Source: Pecten maximus (taxonomy: Eukaryota). From it: a DNA stretch of 64,000 nt. Under the pieces are notes generated by a model, which had not been told where the DNA came from, did no database searches, and worked only from the letters and a program-made list of their open reading frames with translations. The stretch is taken from positions 40,610,001 to 40,674,000 of the forward strand of contig NC_047025.1 of the NCBI RefSeq assembly GCF_902652985.1, in the 5' to 3' direction. Of this stretch, positions 1-11,982 are shown piece after piece. Position numbers and translations under genes: made by a program. The first letter of the stretch is position 1; each line of letters opens with the position of its first letter.

Positions 1-290
1 AACATACCAGGTACACCTGTTAATGATTACCTTACAACAGGTAACATACCAGGTACACATGTTAATGATTCCCTTACCACAGGTAACATACCATGTACAC
101 CTGTTAATGATTGTCTTACCACAGGTAACATACCAGGTACACCTGTTAATGATATCCTTACCACAGGTAACATACCAGGTACACCTGTTAATGATATCCT
201 TACCACAGGTAACATACCAGGTACACCTGTTAATGATATCCTTACAACAGGTAATAAACCAGGTATACCTGTTAATGATTGCCTTACCAC
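1..290. repeat. 42-bp minisatellite, ~7 copies, truncated by window start
   Basis: unit aacataccaggtacacctgttaatgatatccttaccacaggt. Confidence 0.95.
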
Positions 291-894
291 ATACAGGAAT
301 CAACAACTGTGTACTATATGTGTCGGAGATGATGAAGGGGACAGTTGATTGGTACAAGGAAGTTAAGTACAGTTTAGCTCCAAACCATTAGATGAGAGAT
401 TATAACACATACAGTACCTATAGCTAAAGGGCAGATCAATACGCAGCATAAAGCATTGTCAGGTACATATTAGTTTGACAAGCCAATGGCTGTGATGACA
501 AGTCTACGAAAATCCAAACAAGTTATCTTTCTATCATTGACATATTTTGAGCAGTAATGCTTGGTAAAAGTTCTTCAACTTTTTAGACTTATTTGACATG
601 CTTTACAAGACTTTACTGAATAATTTACACAATTGGTTTAAACATATTTTGTTGCCTTAAAAATGACAATGTATTTAGATGTACATTTGAATAGAATTTT
701 AATTAACTACACTGGCTTATTCCTCTGTGTTATTACAATATGATATTTATTTTATCAATAAATCATCCCTGTATGTATATTTTGTTAGAAAATTACTAAC
801 AGACAAAGGTATATACTTATTTGTAATGTTTTTGGGGTTATATTTGTCTTTTTGTCAAGATACAACATAGATACAGTTGCATTACATATAGCTA

Positions 895-1518
895 TAGCTG
901 GACTATGACCACCCCTCCTAATACAGATAAATCAGCTGGACTGTGACCACCCCTCCTAATACAGGTAAATCAGCTGGACTATGACCACCCCTCCTAATAC
1001 AGGTAAATCAGCTGGACTATGACCACCCCTCCTAATACAGGTAAATCAGCTGGACTATGACCACCCCTCCTAATACAGGTAAATCAGCTGGACTATGACC
1101 ACCCCTCCAAATACAGGTAAATCAGCTGGACTATGACCACCCTCCAAATACAGGCAAATCAGCTGGACTATGGTCACCCTCCAATACAGGTAAATCAGTT
1201 GGACTATGGCCACCCCTCCTAATACACGTAAATAAGTTGGACTATGGTCACCCTCCTAATACAGGTAAATCAGCTGGACTATGGTCATCCCTCCTAATAC
1301 AGGTAAATCAGCTGGACTATGGTCACCCCTCCAATACAGGTAAATCAGCTGGACTATGACCACCCCTCCTAATACAGGTAAATCAGTTGGACTATGACCA
1401 CCCTCCAATACAGGTAAATCAGTTGGACTATGGCCATCCCTCCTCATACAGGTAAATCAGCTGGACTATGGTCACCCCTCCTAATACAGGTAAATCAGTT
1501 GGACTATGGCCACCCCTC
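895..1518. repeat. 38-bp minisatellite, ~16 copies
   Basis: unit cagctggactatgaccacccctcctaatacaggtaaat. Confidence 0.95.
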
Positions 1519-1802
1519 TGAAGGAAGAAATATATTAAACAAGATTTAGGTAACATAAACCATACAGAAAGAGCAACTATCACCTATAAGGACAAATAAT
1601 CCATAAAACAGATGAAGGATTGGAATCATTGAAGTTTTCCTTTCACATTAAATAGATACAACAACACTGACTACATTAAAAATGTCATTAATTTCAATCA
1701 TTCCAATGTTCTAGGACTGTTGAATCAATGGATGTTGGGCTAAAATTGATCAGTAGGCAGTAGTCTTTTGATGACTGTCATTTTCTTGTGTTATTTCTAC
1801 AG

Positions 1803-1932
1803 TGAAGTCCAGTGTGCGACTGACCTTTATGTACCTGGCCAATGATGTCATACAGAACAGTAAGAAGAAGGGCCCAGAACTGACCAAGGACTTTGCCACA
1901 GTGTTACCAGAGGCCTACGCAGTGGCAACAAA
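1803..1932 (+). CDS. RPRD1B: RPRD1-like exon (CID domain): KSSVRLTFMYLANDVIQNSKKKGPELTKDFATVLPEAYAVATK
   Basis: ttctacag acceptor, aa|gtaagt donor, LYLANDV-type CID motif. Confidence 0.93.
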
Positions 1933-4900
1933 GTAAGTGTCAGTACAGAGTTATCCACCCTTAGATCAACATAACCCCTCACAAAATTATCAATTATGTT
2001 TTGTTGTATTTGATTTAAGCAGTAATGGTTACACTGTGGTATTTATGATGTACAAGTGTGGTACTGTAACATACTCGAGAGTTTAAAGTTCAAGCCTCAG
2101 ACATACATTTGCAGATATCTAAATTCTATATAAAGTCACCACCACCTAAATATGATGTATATTAAACTGTTCATTCTGATAGACTACATGTAACTGGAGT
2201 TTAAAAAAGGTATGTTTTACTGACAATCTGTATGATATTGAGAGTCTTGATCCTTCTAACATAGAAATGGCTGTCATGTACATGTACTATGTTATATATA
2301 GGATGTACCGAACTCAGTGTGGTCATGTACATGTACTCTGTTATATATAGGATGTACCGAACTCAGTGTGGTCATGTACATGTACTATGTTATATATAGG
2401 ATGTACCGAACTCAGTGTGGTCATGTACATGTACTCTGTTATATATAGGATGTACCGGACTCAGTGTGAACATCTTATGGAGTATTAATGGTCCAGTATC
2501 ATAATACAGTGTTGTATATGTGTTTCAGAGATGCAGATGAAAAGACCAAGAAGTCATTAGAAAGAATTTTAAATATATGGCAGGAAAGAGGAGTATATGA
2601 CAAGACTTTTGTATCTAAAATAAAACAAGATACAGGTAAGTAGCCACCATTACCAGGGCATCCAGTTGACCCTTGACTTTTAGCAATTTCAGAAGTCAGA
2701 TCACTATTTCTGAGAAATCTGAAGGGTCAAAACATATGTCAAAAAGACAAGTCCCTTCAAACTCAAGAGTCAGATTTCATTTTGGGGAGTCAAAAATATA
2801 TTCTCAAGGGTCTACTAGATGCCCTGATTACTTATTCTCTGATATCCTGATATAGAAGTACAATTTGATATCTGCTACCATTGAATATATAATTACCTAC
2901 TAGATGATATCCTTATAGTTAAAGGATGGCTCACAACTTGATATCTGCTACCAATACATATTAGGTGATTAATTGATATATTGAAAATGGCTCACAAATT
3001 GATATCTGCTACTGTACCAGTACGTATTAGGTGATTAGTTGATATATTGAAAATGGCTCACAAATTGATATCTGCTAAAACTTATTAGCCGATATCCCAC
3101 TAGATACCCTGCTGAAGAGTTACTGTATATTGATAAAAGTTGGTTAACAGTTGACATGGTAGCATTGTGGCATAACAAAGCTGATAACTACATCAGCATG
3201 TCCTTACAACTATGAGAACTAGCCTAGAATCTAATATAAAGCAAAAATGATTAATACTGTGTTGGTAGATGGCACTGTGATATGTTACACATTCAGCTAA
3301 ACAGTTTTAAGTTTAAACATAAGCAGGAAAATATTGGTAAAGATTTAGGGTAAAGTTGTACCCTGACAAGCAGGAAAATATTGGTAAAGATTTAGGGTAA
3401 AGTTGTACCCTGACAAGCTATCAGATGTATACTAATATTACCTCAATAAAGAATTAGATCTAGACAAATATATAGTATGTACATGTCAACCCTGACAAGC
3501 TATCAGATGTATACTGATATTACCTCAATAAAGAATTAGATCTAGACAAATATATAGTATGTACATGTCAACCCTGACAAGCTATCAGATGTATACTAAT
3601 ATTACCTCAATAAAGAATTAGATCTAGACAAATATATAGTATGTACATGTCAACCCTGACAAGCTATCAGATGTATACTGATATTGCCTCAATAAAGAAT
3701 TAAATAGTTACGTACATGTAAAGTTAAACCCTGACAAGCTATCAGATGTATCTTCAGCTATTCTGATAGTGGCCCAATAAAATTAGAAAGAGAAATAATT
3801 ATTCTGGAAAAATGGATAATGAAATTTGATTGTTGTTTACACTGGTAAACAATTACAAGAGTACAGTATGTTTGTGGATGTGAGAGAACAGTATAAAACG
3901 TGGCCTCAGGAGCTCGGTAATTTATTCATATTGTTTATTTGTTCCAGTGCTTTACTTGATGAAGTACAACTTATTTATCTTTGTCTTGATTCAATTGGAC
4001 CTTATGCAAATTTCTAGAAATTTGCATAATCTTCATTTGATATACATGTAGTGTATTTATTTTGTTTTAATTTTGTATATAAAATGTACTTTTAGATTTG
4101 GTAAAGAGTGATTCTCAGCCAGTAGAAAAGATAAAAAAGAAAGTTGATGAATATGTTGCTACAAAACCTAAACATCATAAATCAAAGAGTAAGCATCGGG
4201 ATCGAGAGCCAGGTAAGCTATTTATAAGAAGTTCAGTGAATTTTGTCTGCGGATATCAAAGATTGTGCATGTTTCAATTCAAGTCTTTCAAAATTAATAT
4301 CTATGGACCTCCTTTTGTAAAATAGAAAGTCTTAAGATTTTATACTTTGATCCACTATTTCTGCAAGATTAATAGGAATTTTGAAATAATGGTTAACAAG
4401 AAATGTTTACTCATGGATAACATCAAAATTAGGGAGTTTCCTGCAAGACTTCCTGCAATATCAGGATGATTGACAGGTGTATAAGCATCCCCTGTCAGAC
4501 ATATGTGACTGATCACCACTAAATCCTGTGTCACAAAAATAAATTAGATTATAAATTGTCTTCAGATATCATTTCTAGACCCTGTGTCTGAATACCATAG
4601 CAGAATAGATTCTGAGGGTGTCTAATTCAATACTGTATATGCGAGATATTACTTGCCCATAAGTGAAACAAAGTCTGTTATATTGTAGTCAAGCCAGTTT
4701 CAGAACCAGTGGCGCCTGTTGCTGTTGTGCCCGCCAAAAAGAAGAAGAAAGATGATGATCTGAGCCTTATAGAGGAGATAGAGGCCATGCCAAATGATCC
4801 AACAAATAATGCAGCTGATGTAAGTTAGATGTACCCTGTAGTAACACTGGTGATGTAAGTTAGATGTACCCTGTAGTAACACTGGTGATGTACCCTGTAG

Positions 4901-7900
4901 TAACACAGATGATGTACCCTGTAGTAACACTGGTGATGTACCCTGTAGTAACACTGATGATGTACCCTGTAGTAACACTGGTGATGTACCCTGTAGTAAC
5001 ACTGGTGATGTACCCTGTAGTAACACTGATGATGTACCCTGTAGTAACACTGGTGATGTACCCTGTAGTAACACCGATGATGTACCCTGTAGTGACACTG
5101 GTGATGTACCCTGTAGTAACACTGGTGATGTACCCTGTAGTAACACTGGTGATGTACCCTGTAGTAACACTGGTGATGTACCCTGTAGTAACACTGGTGA
5201 TGTACCTCGTAGTAACACTGGTGATGTACCCTGTAGTAACACTGGTGATGTAAGTTTGATGTACCCTGTAGTAACACTGGTGATGTACCCTGTAGTAACA
5301 CTGGTGATGTACCCTGTAGTAACACTGGTGATGTAAGTCTGATGTACCCTGTAGTAACACTGGTGATGTACCCTGTAGTAACACTGGTGATGTACCCTGT
5401 AGTAACACTGGTGATGTACCCTGTAGTAACACTGGTGATGTAAGTCTGATGTACCCTGTAGTAACACTGGTGATGTACCCTGTAGTAACACTGGTGATGT
5501 AAGTCTGATGTACCCTGTAGTAACACTGGTGATGTACCCTGTAGTAACACTGGTGATGTAAGTTAGATGTACCCTGTAGTAACACTGGTGATGTACCCTG
5601 TAGTAACACTGGTGATGTAAGTCTGATGTACCCTGTAGTAACACTGGTGATGTACCCTGTAGTAACACTGGTGATGTACCCTGTAGTAACACTGGTGATG
5701 TACCCTGTAGTAACACTGGTGATGTACCCTGTAGTAACACTGGTGATGTACCCTGTAGTAACACTGGTGATGTAAGTCTGATGTACCCTGTAGTAACACT
5801 GGTGATGTACCCTGTAGTAACACTGGTGATGTACCTGTAGTAACACTGGTGATGTACCCTGTAGTAACACTGGTGATGTACCCTGTAGTAACACTGGTGA
5901 TGTACCCTGTAGTAACACTGGTGATGTACCCTGTAGTAACACTGGTGATGTACCCTGTAGTAACACTGGTGATGTACCCTATAGTAACACTGGTGATGTA
6001 CCTTGTAGTAACACTGGTGATGTATCCTGTAGTAACACTGGTGATGTACCCTGTAGTAACACTGGTGATGTAAGTTTGATGTACCCTGTAGTAACACTGG
6101 TGATGTACCCTGTAGTAACACTGGTGATGTACCCTGTAGTAACACTGGTGATGTACCCTGTAGTAACACTGGTGATGTACCCTGTAGTAACACTGGTGAT
6201 GTAAGTCTGATGTACCCTGTAGTAACACAGACAATACAAGTTTGAATGAATTGAATTCATTCTTTATATACTAATACTGTCAGTGGATACCAGTATTGGT
6301 ATGACTGATGTACCTCATAGCCCTGTTTATTAATATTGATATTACAAGGCTTTCTGCCATATGATTTTGCTACTGTGTAATATAGTTGTAATTTCTAGAA
6401 ACACAAATAGTATAATCTGTTTATTCCTTGATTGTAGTAAAGCATGATTTTTTTCCCAATTAACCGATAACAAAGCTTCTAAACTAACAGAAAAAAAGCT
6501 TGTTGTGTATGAGTAATATCTATTTCAGTCAGAGGCGTTGGTAAAGAGGCTGGCTGACCTAGAACACTCTGCATCCAGTGACGCTGCAGTACGAGAGAAG
6601 ATAGCAGCCCTCCCACCAGAGGTGTCCGATATACAACACCTGTCTAAGGTTCAAGGTGTGTTTTATTGCCTTACAATAATAATAGGTCACAGCATTTAAC
6701 ATTTAAATTAACAGTTATTTCATTGTAAAACAGAATGAGGATGTAACCATCATCATGATTTGTAAGGGTTTTGCAAGGAATTCAGATGTTGATATTTTAA
6801 AAAGAAGAATTTCCGACTATCAATAGAAATATCAGTATTACTGTCAATAGAAACACCAGCATTTGATATATTGTTACTGTCAATAGAAACACCAGCATTT
6901 GATATATTGCTACTGTCTATAGATATTCCAGCATTTGATATATTGTTACTGTCTATAGAAACACCAGCATTTGATATATTGTTACTGTCTATAGAAACAC
7001 CAGCATTTGATATATTGTTACTGTCAATAGATATACCAGCATTTGATATATTGTTACTGTCAATAGATATACCAACATTTGATATATTGTTACTGTCTAT
7101 AGATATACCAACATTTGATATATTGTTACTGTCAATAGATATACCAGCATTTGATGTATTGTTACTATCAATAGAAATACCAGCATTTGATATATTGTTA
7201 CTGTCTATAGATATACCAGCATTTGATATATTGTTACTATCAATAGATATACCAACATTTGATATATTGTTACTGTCTATAGATATACCAGCATTTGATA
7301 TATTGTTACTGTCAATAGAAACACCAGCATTTGATATATTGTTACTGTCTATAGATATACCAGCATTTGATATATTGTTACTGTCAATAGATATACCAGC
7401 ATTTGATGTATTGTTACTGTCTATAGATATACCAGCATTTGATGTATTGTTACTGTCTATAGATATATCAGTACCTGATATATTGTTACTGTCTATAGAT
7501 ATACCAGCATTTGATATATTGTTACGGTCTATAGATATACCAGCATTTGATATATTGTTACGGTCTATAGATATACCAGCATTTGATATATTGTTCAGAT
7601 AAAGAAGCTGCAGTGAAGCTAGCTAGTCAGGTGGAGGAGGCGTGTATTCTCCTGTCCGAATACAACTTCAGACTTAATGCTGAGTTAGAGGAGAGAAAAG
7701 CTGTGGGTAAGATGTTACGGGACTTTATCGTGTGCCAGAGGGAACAACTCCAGGAAGCAGAAAATAAAGTAGAGGTAAGGATGAGCAGTGTGTATCGTTA
7801 CATTGATTTAAAATGAGTTGTCTCCCCTTGACTATAGTCATTACTGATAAGACTTGCTTCTGTAGCAGTCCACAGGGTTATAATAATCAGAGGTTGGGTT

Positions 7901-10900
7901 AGATAGTCTGGCCCATGTAGATTAATCATATTACCACTCAGACTGATATTTTGATTACATATATAGAGTTAGTAGAATAGGGTGTTGCCTCCACTTGTCA
8001 ATAGAAATACCAGTAATTAATATAGTGTTACTGTCAATAGAAATACCAGTAATTAATATAGTGTTACTGTGAAAATAAATACCAGTAATTAATATAGTGT
8101 TACTGTCAATAGAAATACCAGTACATAATATAGTGTTACTGTCAATAGAAATACCAGTAATTAATATAGTGTTACTGTCAATAGAAATACCAGTACATAA
8201 TATAGTGTTACTGTCAATAGAAATACCAGTAATTAATATAGTGTTACTGTCAATAGAAATACCATTAATTAATATAGTGTTACTGTCAAAAGAAATACCA
8301 GTAATTAATATAGTGTTACTGTCAATAGAAATACCAGTAATTAATATAGTGTTACTGTCAATATAAATACCAGTAATTAATATAGTGTTACTGTCAATAG
8401 AAATACCAGTAATTAATATAGTGTTACTGTCAATAGAAATACCAGTAATTAATATAGTGTTACTGTCAATAGAAATACCAGTAATTAATATAGTGTTACT
8501 GTCAATAGAAATACCAGTAATTAATATAGTGTTACTGTCAATAGAAATACCAGTAATTAATATAGTGTTACTGTCAAAAGAAATACCAGTAATTAATATA
8601 GTGTTACTGTCAATAGAAATACCAGTAATTAATATCGTGTTACTGTCAATAGATATACCAGTGATTAATACAGTGTTACTGTCAATAGAAATACCAGTAA
8701 TTAATATAGTGTTACTGTCAATAGAAATACCAGTAATTAATATAGTGTTACTGTCGATAGAAATACCATTACATAATACAGTGTAACTGTCAATAGAAAT
8801 ACCAGTAATTAATATAGTGTTACTGTCAATAGAAATACCAGTGATTAATATAGTGTTACTGTCAATATAAATACCAGTAATTAATATAGTGTTACTGTCA
8901 ATAGAAATACCAGTAATTAATATAGTGTTACTGTCAATAGAAATACCAGTAATTAATATAGTGTTACTGTCAATAGAAATACCAGTAATTAATATAGTGT
9001 TACTGTCAATAGAAATACCAGTAATTAATATAGTGTTACTGTCAATAGAAATACCAGTACATAATATAGTGTTACTGTCAATAGAAATACCAGTAATTAA
9101 TATAGTGTTACTGTCAATAGAAATACCAGTACATAATATAGTGTTACTGTCAATAGAAATACCAGTAATTAATATAGTGTTACTGTCAAAAGAAATACCA
9201 GTAATTAATATAGTGTTACTGTCAATAGAAATACCAGTAATTAATATAGTGTAACTGTCAATAGAAATACCAGTAATTAATATAGTGTTACTGTCAATAG
9301 AAATACCAGTAATTAATATAGTGTTACTGTCAATAGAAATACCAGTAATTAATATAGTGTTACTGTCAATAGAAATACCAGTACATAATATAGTGTTACT
9401 GTCAATAGAAATACCAGTAATTAATATAGTGTTACTGTCAATAGAAATACCAGTACATAATATAGTGTTACTGTCAATAGAAATACCAGTAATTAATATA
9501 GTGTTACTGTCAATAGAAATACCAGTACATAATATAGTGTTACTGTCAATAGAAATACCATTAATTAATATAGTGTTACTGTCAAAAGAAATACCAGTAA
9601 TTAATATAGTGTTACTGTCAATAGAAATACCAGTAATTAATATAGTGTAACTGTCAATAGAAATACCAGTAATTAATATAGTGTTACTGTCAATAGAAAT
9701 ACCAGTAATTAATATAGTGTTACTGTCAATAGAAATACCAGTAATTAATATAGTGTTACTGTCAATAGAAATACCAGTAATTAATATAGTGTTACTGTCA
9801 ATAGAAATACCAGTAATTAATATAGTGTTACTGTCAATAGAAATACCAGTAATTAATATAGTGTTACTGTGAATAGAATTACCAGTAATTAATATCGTGT
9901 TACTGTCAATAGATATACCAGTGATTAATACAGTGTTACTGTCAATAGAAATACCAGTAATTAATATAGTGTTACTGTCGATAGAAATACCATTACATAA
10001 TACAGTGTAACTGTCAATAGAAATACCAGTAATTAATATATTGTTACTGTCAATAGAAATACCAGTGATTAATATAGTGTTACTGTCAATATAAATACCA
10101 GTAATTAATATAGTGTTACTGTCAATAGAAATACCAGTAATTAATATAGTGTTACTGTCAATAGAAATACCAGTAATTAATATAGTGTTACTGTCAATAG
10201 AAATACCAGTAATTAATATAGTGTTACTGTCAATAGAAATACCAGTAATTAATATAGTGTTACTGTCAATAGAAATACCAATAATTGATATAGTGTTCGT
10301 GTCAATAGAAATATCAGTAATTAATATAGTGTTACTGTATGACAGTCTGTGTGACATTTCACTTACAATGATGAGGGGCGATATTACTTAGACAGGTAAT
10401 TTATTTAATTATTAACAATAAGGGTTAGTGGTGTATACTTGAAACCAGAGTTACTCCTTTCCTTCTTGTTGTGAATTTATTCTTTTTGAAGAGGACTTCT
10501 TGTTTACTATTTATTATTTTTCTAATACAAGATAGAAGAAGATATTATGTTGTATGTGTACAAACAGAAAACATTAGCTCTGTAGAACTATTTTTACAAC
10601 AAACTTGCTATATGAACTACCAGTTCTAGATGAATTATCATGGAGAATTTTCTCAGCTGTGTATTCTTGTCTCATTCTTAGGAAACTAGTTAGTTTATCA
10701 ATCTTTGGTAAAACGAGGTCACTGTTTCTATAAATAGAATTTGTGATATTGAGAATTGATTTTCCAACTAAATTCTGAATCTAGTAGCTCAATATCATTG
10801 TTTAATAAAATAAATATTACCAAAATCACTCATTTCCAAAAATAATGTTGATTCTGTAGAATTTATTAAATTTGGACAAGAGGATTTTTATCCTCTGTGA

Positions 10901-11159
10901 TGTCTTATCTTTCTGTAATACAGTTTAAGGAAAAGCCAAAGATTTGTAAATGCTTATATTTTGAAGTGATTGTTGATAACACTCAGTATTTGTGTTGTAG
11001 GATTACAAATCAAGACTAGAGAAAGTGACGAGTGTACGACTAGAACTATCTTCACACATACAGAACCTACCTGATCTTACCTTGTTACCTGATGTGACAG
11101 GAGGGTTAGCTCCCCTTCCCTCTGCCGGTGATCTCTTCTCACTCGATCAGAGACATTAA
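1803..11159 (+). CDS. RPRD1B: RPRD1A/RPRD1B (CREPT)-like regulation of nuclear pre-mRNA domain protein, 5'-partial; join(1803..1932,2529..2635,4096..4212,4689..4819,6529..6655,7599..7774,11001..11159)
   Basis: Manual splicing gives an uninterrupted frame with the CID motif RLTFMYLANDVIQNSKKKGPE...LERILNIWQERGVY, the CREPT coiled coil LEHSASSDAAVREKIAALPPEV...EEACILLSEYNFRLNAELEER and the C-terminus LPDLTLLPDVTGGLAPLPSAGDLFS. All introns are GT-AG with matching phases. Probably the single invertebrate co-orthologue of RPRD1A and RPRD1B. Confidence 0.93.
2273..2468. repeat. 49-bp tandem repeat x4
   Basis: unit catgtacatgtactatgttatatataggatgtaccgaactcagtgtggt. Confidence 0.95.
2529..2635 (+). 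CDS. RPRD1B: RPRD1-like exon: DADEKTKKSLERILNIWQERGVYDKTFVSKIKQDT
   Basis: tttcag acceptor, cag|gtaagt donor, C-terminal CID motif RILNIWQER. Confidence 0.92.
2654..2826. mobile_element. 173-bp MITE, CAGGG-type TIRs (hAT-like)
   Basis: TIRs cagggcatccagttgacccttga (2654-2676) and tcaagggtctactagatgccctg (2804-2826), 21/23 match; ATTAC directly on both flanks. Confidence 0.75.
3321..3750. repeat. ~47-bp duplication running into an 82-bp tandem repeat x~4
   Basis: accctgacaagctatcagatgtatac recurs at 3407, 3489, 3571, 3653. Confidence 0.9.
4096..4212 (+). CDS. RPRD1B: RPRD1-like linker exon (Lys/His-rich): DLVKSDSQPVEKIKKKVDEYVATKPKHHKSKSKHRDREP
   Basis: cttttag acceptor, cag|gtaagc donor, phase 1-1, 117 nt, open frame. 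Confidence 0.75.
4689..4819 (+). CDS. RPRD1B: RPRD1-like linker exon: VKPVSEPVAPVAVVPAKKKKKDDDLSLIEEIEAMPNDPTNNAAD (in-frame alternative acceptor would start the exon at 4704)
   Basis: ttgtag or tttcag acceptor, gat|gtaagt donor; phase 1-0 bridges the flanking exons. Confidence 0.78.
4817..6228. repeat. 24-bp minisatellite with 35-bp splice-donor-bearing variants
   Basis: unit gatgtaccctgtagtaacactggt; variant inserts gatgtaagt(ta/ct/tt). Confidence 0.97.
6529..6655 (+). CDS. RPRD1B: RPRD1-like exon: SEALVKRLADLEHSASSDAAVREKIAALPPEVSDIQHLSKVQ
   Basis: tatttcag acceptor, aag|gtgtgt donor, CREPT domain similarity. Confidence 0.92.
6816..7595. repeat. 36-bp minisatellite, ~21 copies
   Basis: unit ttgttactgtcaatagatataccagcatttgatata. 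Confidence 0.97.
7599..7774 (+). CDS. RPRD1B: RPRD1-like exon: DKEAAVKLASQVEEACILLSEYNFRLNAELEERKAVGKMLRDFIVCQREQLQEAENKVE
   Basis: ttgttcag acceptor, gag|gtaagg donor, coiled-coil CREPT domain. Confidence 0.93.
7995..10340. repeat. 36-bp minisatellite, ~65 copies
   Basis: unit gtgttactgtcaatagaaataccagtaattaatata. Confidence 0.97.
11001..11159 (+). CDS. RPRD1B: RPRD1-like terminal exon: DYKSRLEKVTSVRLELSSHIQNLPDLTLLPDVTGGLAPLPSAGDLFSLDQRH*
   Basis: tgttgtag acceptor, conserved LAPLPSAGDLF C-terminus, TAA at 11157-11159. Confidence 0.93.
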   Translation, partial: DYKSRLEKVTSVRLELSSHIQNLPDLTLLPDVTGGLAPLPSAGDLFSLDQRH

Positions 11160-11221
11160 TATAGGTGGGTATTATCTACTCTGCCATCACTTTCTGATAG
11201 ATGTAGCACTTTTCTTTTGAT

Positions 11222-11982
11222 TATTGTTAGTCCACTAGGCCAAGTAAACTAATGCTGTAGTGCACGTCCATCTTTCTGTTGTATGTCCGTCAATCTGTCC
11301 AGTGTCAACTTTTCCATTCAAACATAGACTTCTTTCAGTTAACTAAGAGACCCAGAATCATATTTGGCCGGTAGGTTCCTGGGAATGAGCCCCACAAATT
11401 TTGCAAAAAGAAATGACCTTGACCTAAACACAAGGTCACAGGAGTCCAATTTGTTAAAATATTTTCAGATTTTTTTTTTCTCACCAACCAAAATGCTTAT
11501 GATATTTGGCTGGTATATTCCTTGAATGGAGCTGCAGCAAAATTTCCATATAGACATGACCTTGAACCATATTCTAGGTCACAGAGGTCAAATTTGTTTA
11601 AGCCATTCAAATGACTTCTCTCAAACTAAATGCCTATAATCATGAAATTTGGCTGGTAGACTTACTGGGATTGTTTCCATAAAGATATGACTTTGAACTG
11701 TATTCCAGGTCACAGAGGTCTAATTTGTTAACACATAAAGTTTCCATAAAGATATGACTTTGAACTGTATTCCAGGTCACAGAGGTCTAATTTGTTAACA
11801 CATAAAGTTTCCATAAAGATATGACTTTGAACTGTATTCCAGGTCACAGAGATCAAATTTGTTAACACATAAAGCACTTCTTCTGATTTATTTGAAAGGC
11901 TTGGAATCAAGTTCTTTTCATCAAATGCAGAGAATTATCGGTGAATACCAGATGACCTTGCATGCCCATGGGGTCTTTTGTT
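11222..11982 (+). mobile_element. Degenerate Helentron-associated (HINE-like) non-autonomous element just 3' of the RPRD1 stop, including a 67-bp x3 repeat (11674-11870)
   Basis: gtcc-type microsatellite near the 5' end, repeated gaccttga...aggtcacagaggtcaaat modules, 3' gcccatgggg-tcttttgtt stem. This layout is typical of bivalve HINEs as I recall it. Confidence 0.55.

Noticed and set aside
4700-6260. Multiple overlapping repetitive ORFs (HHQCYYRV, LLQGTSPV)
   Set aside because: All are frames of the 24-bp array inside an RPRD1 intron.
7955-10357. 800-aa minus-strand ORF of ITGISIDSNTIL repeats (beta-helix-like)
   Set aside because: Product of a 36-bp intronic minisatellite whose unit length is divisible by 3; no unique coding flanks or splice context.
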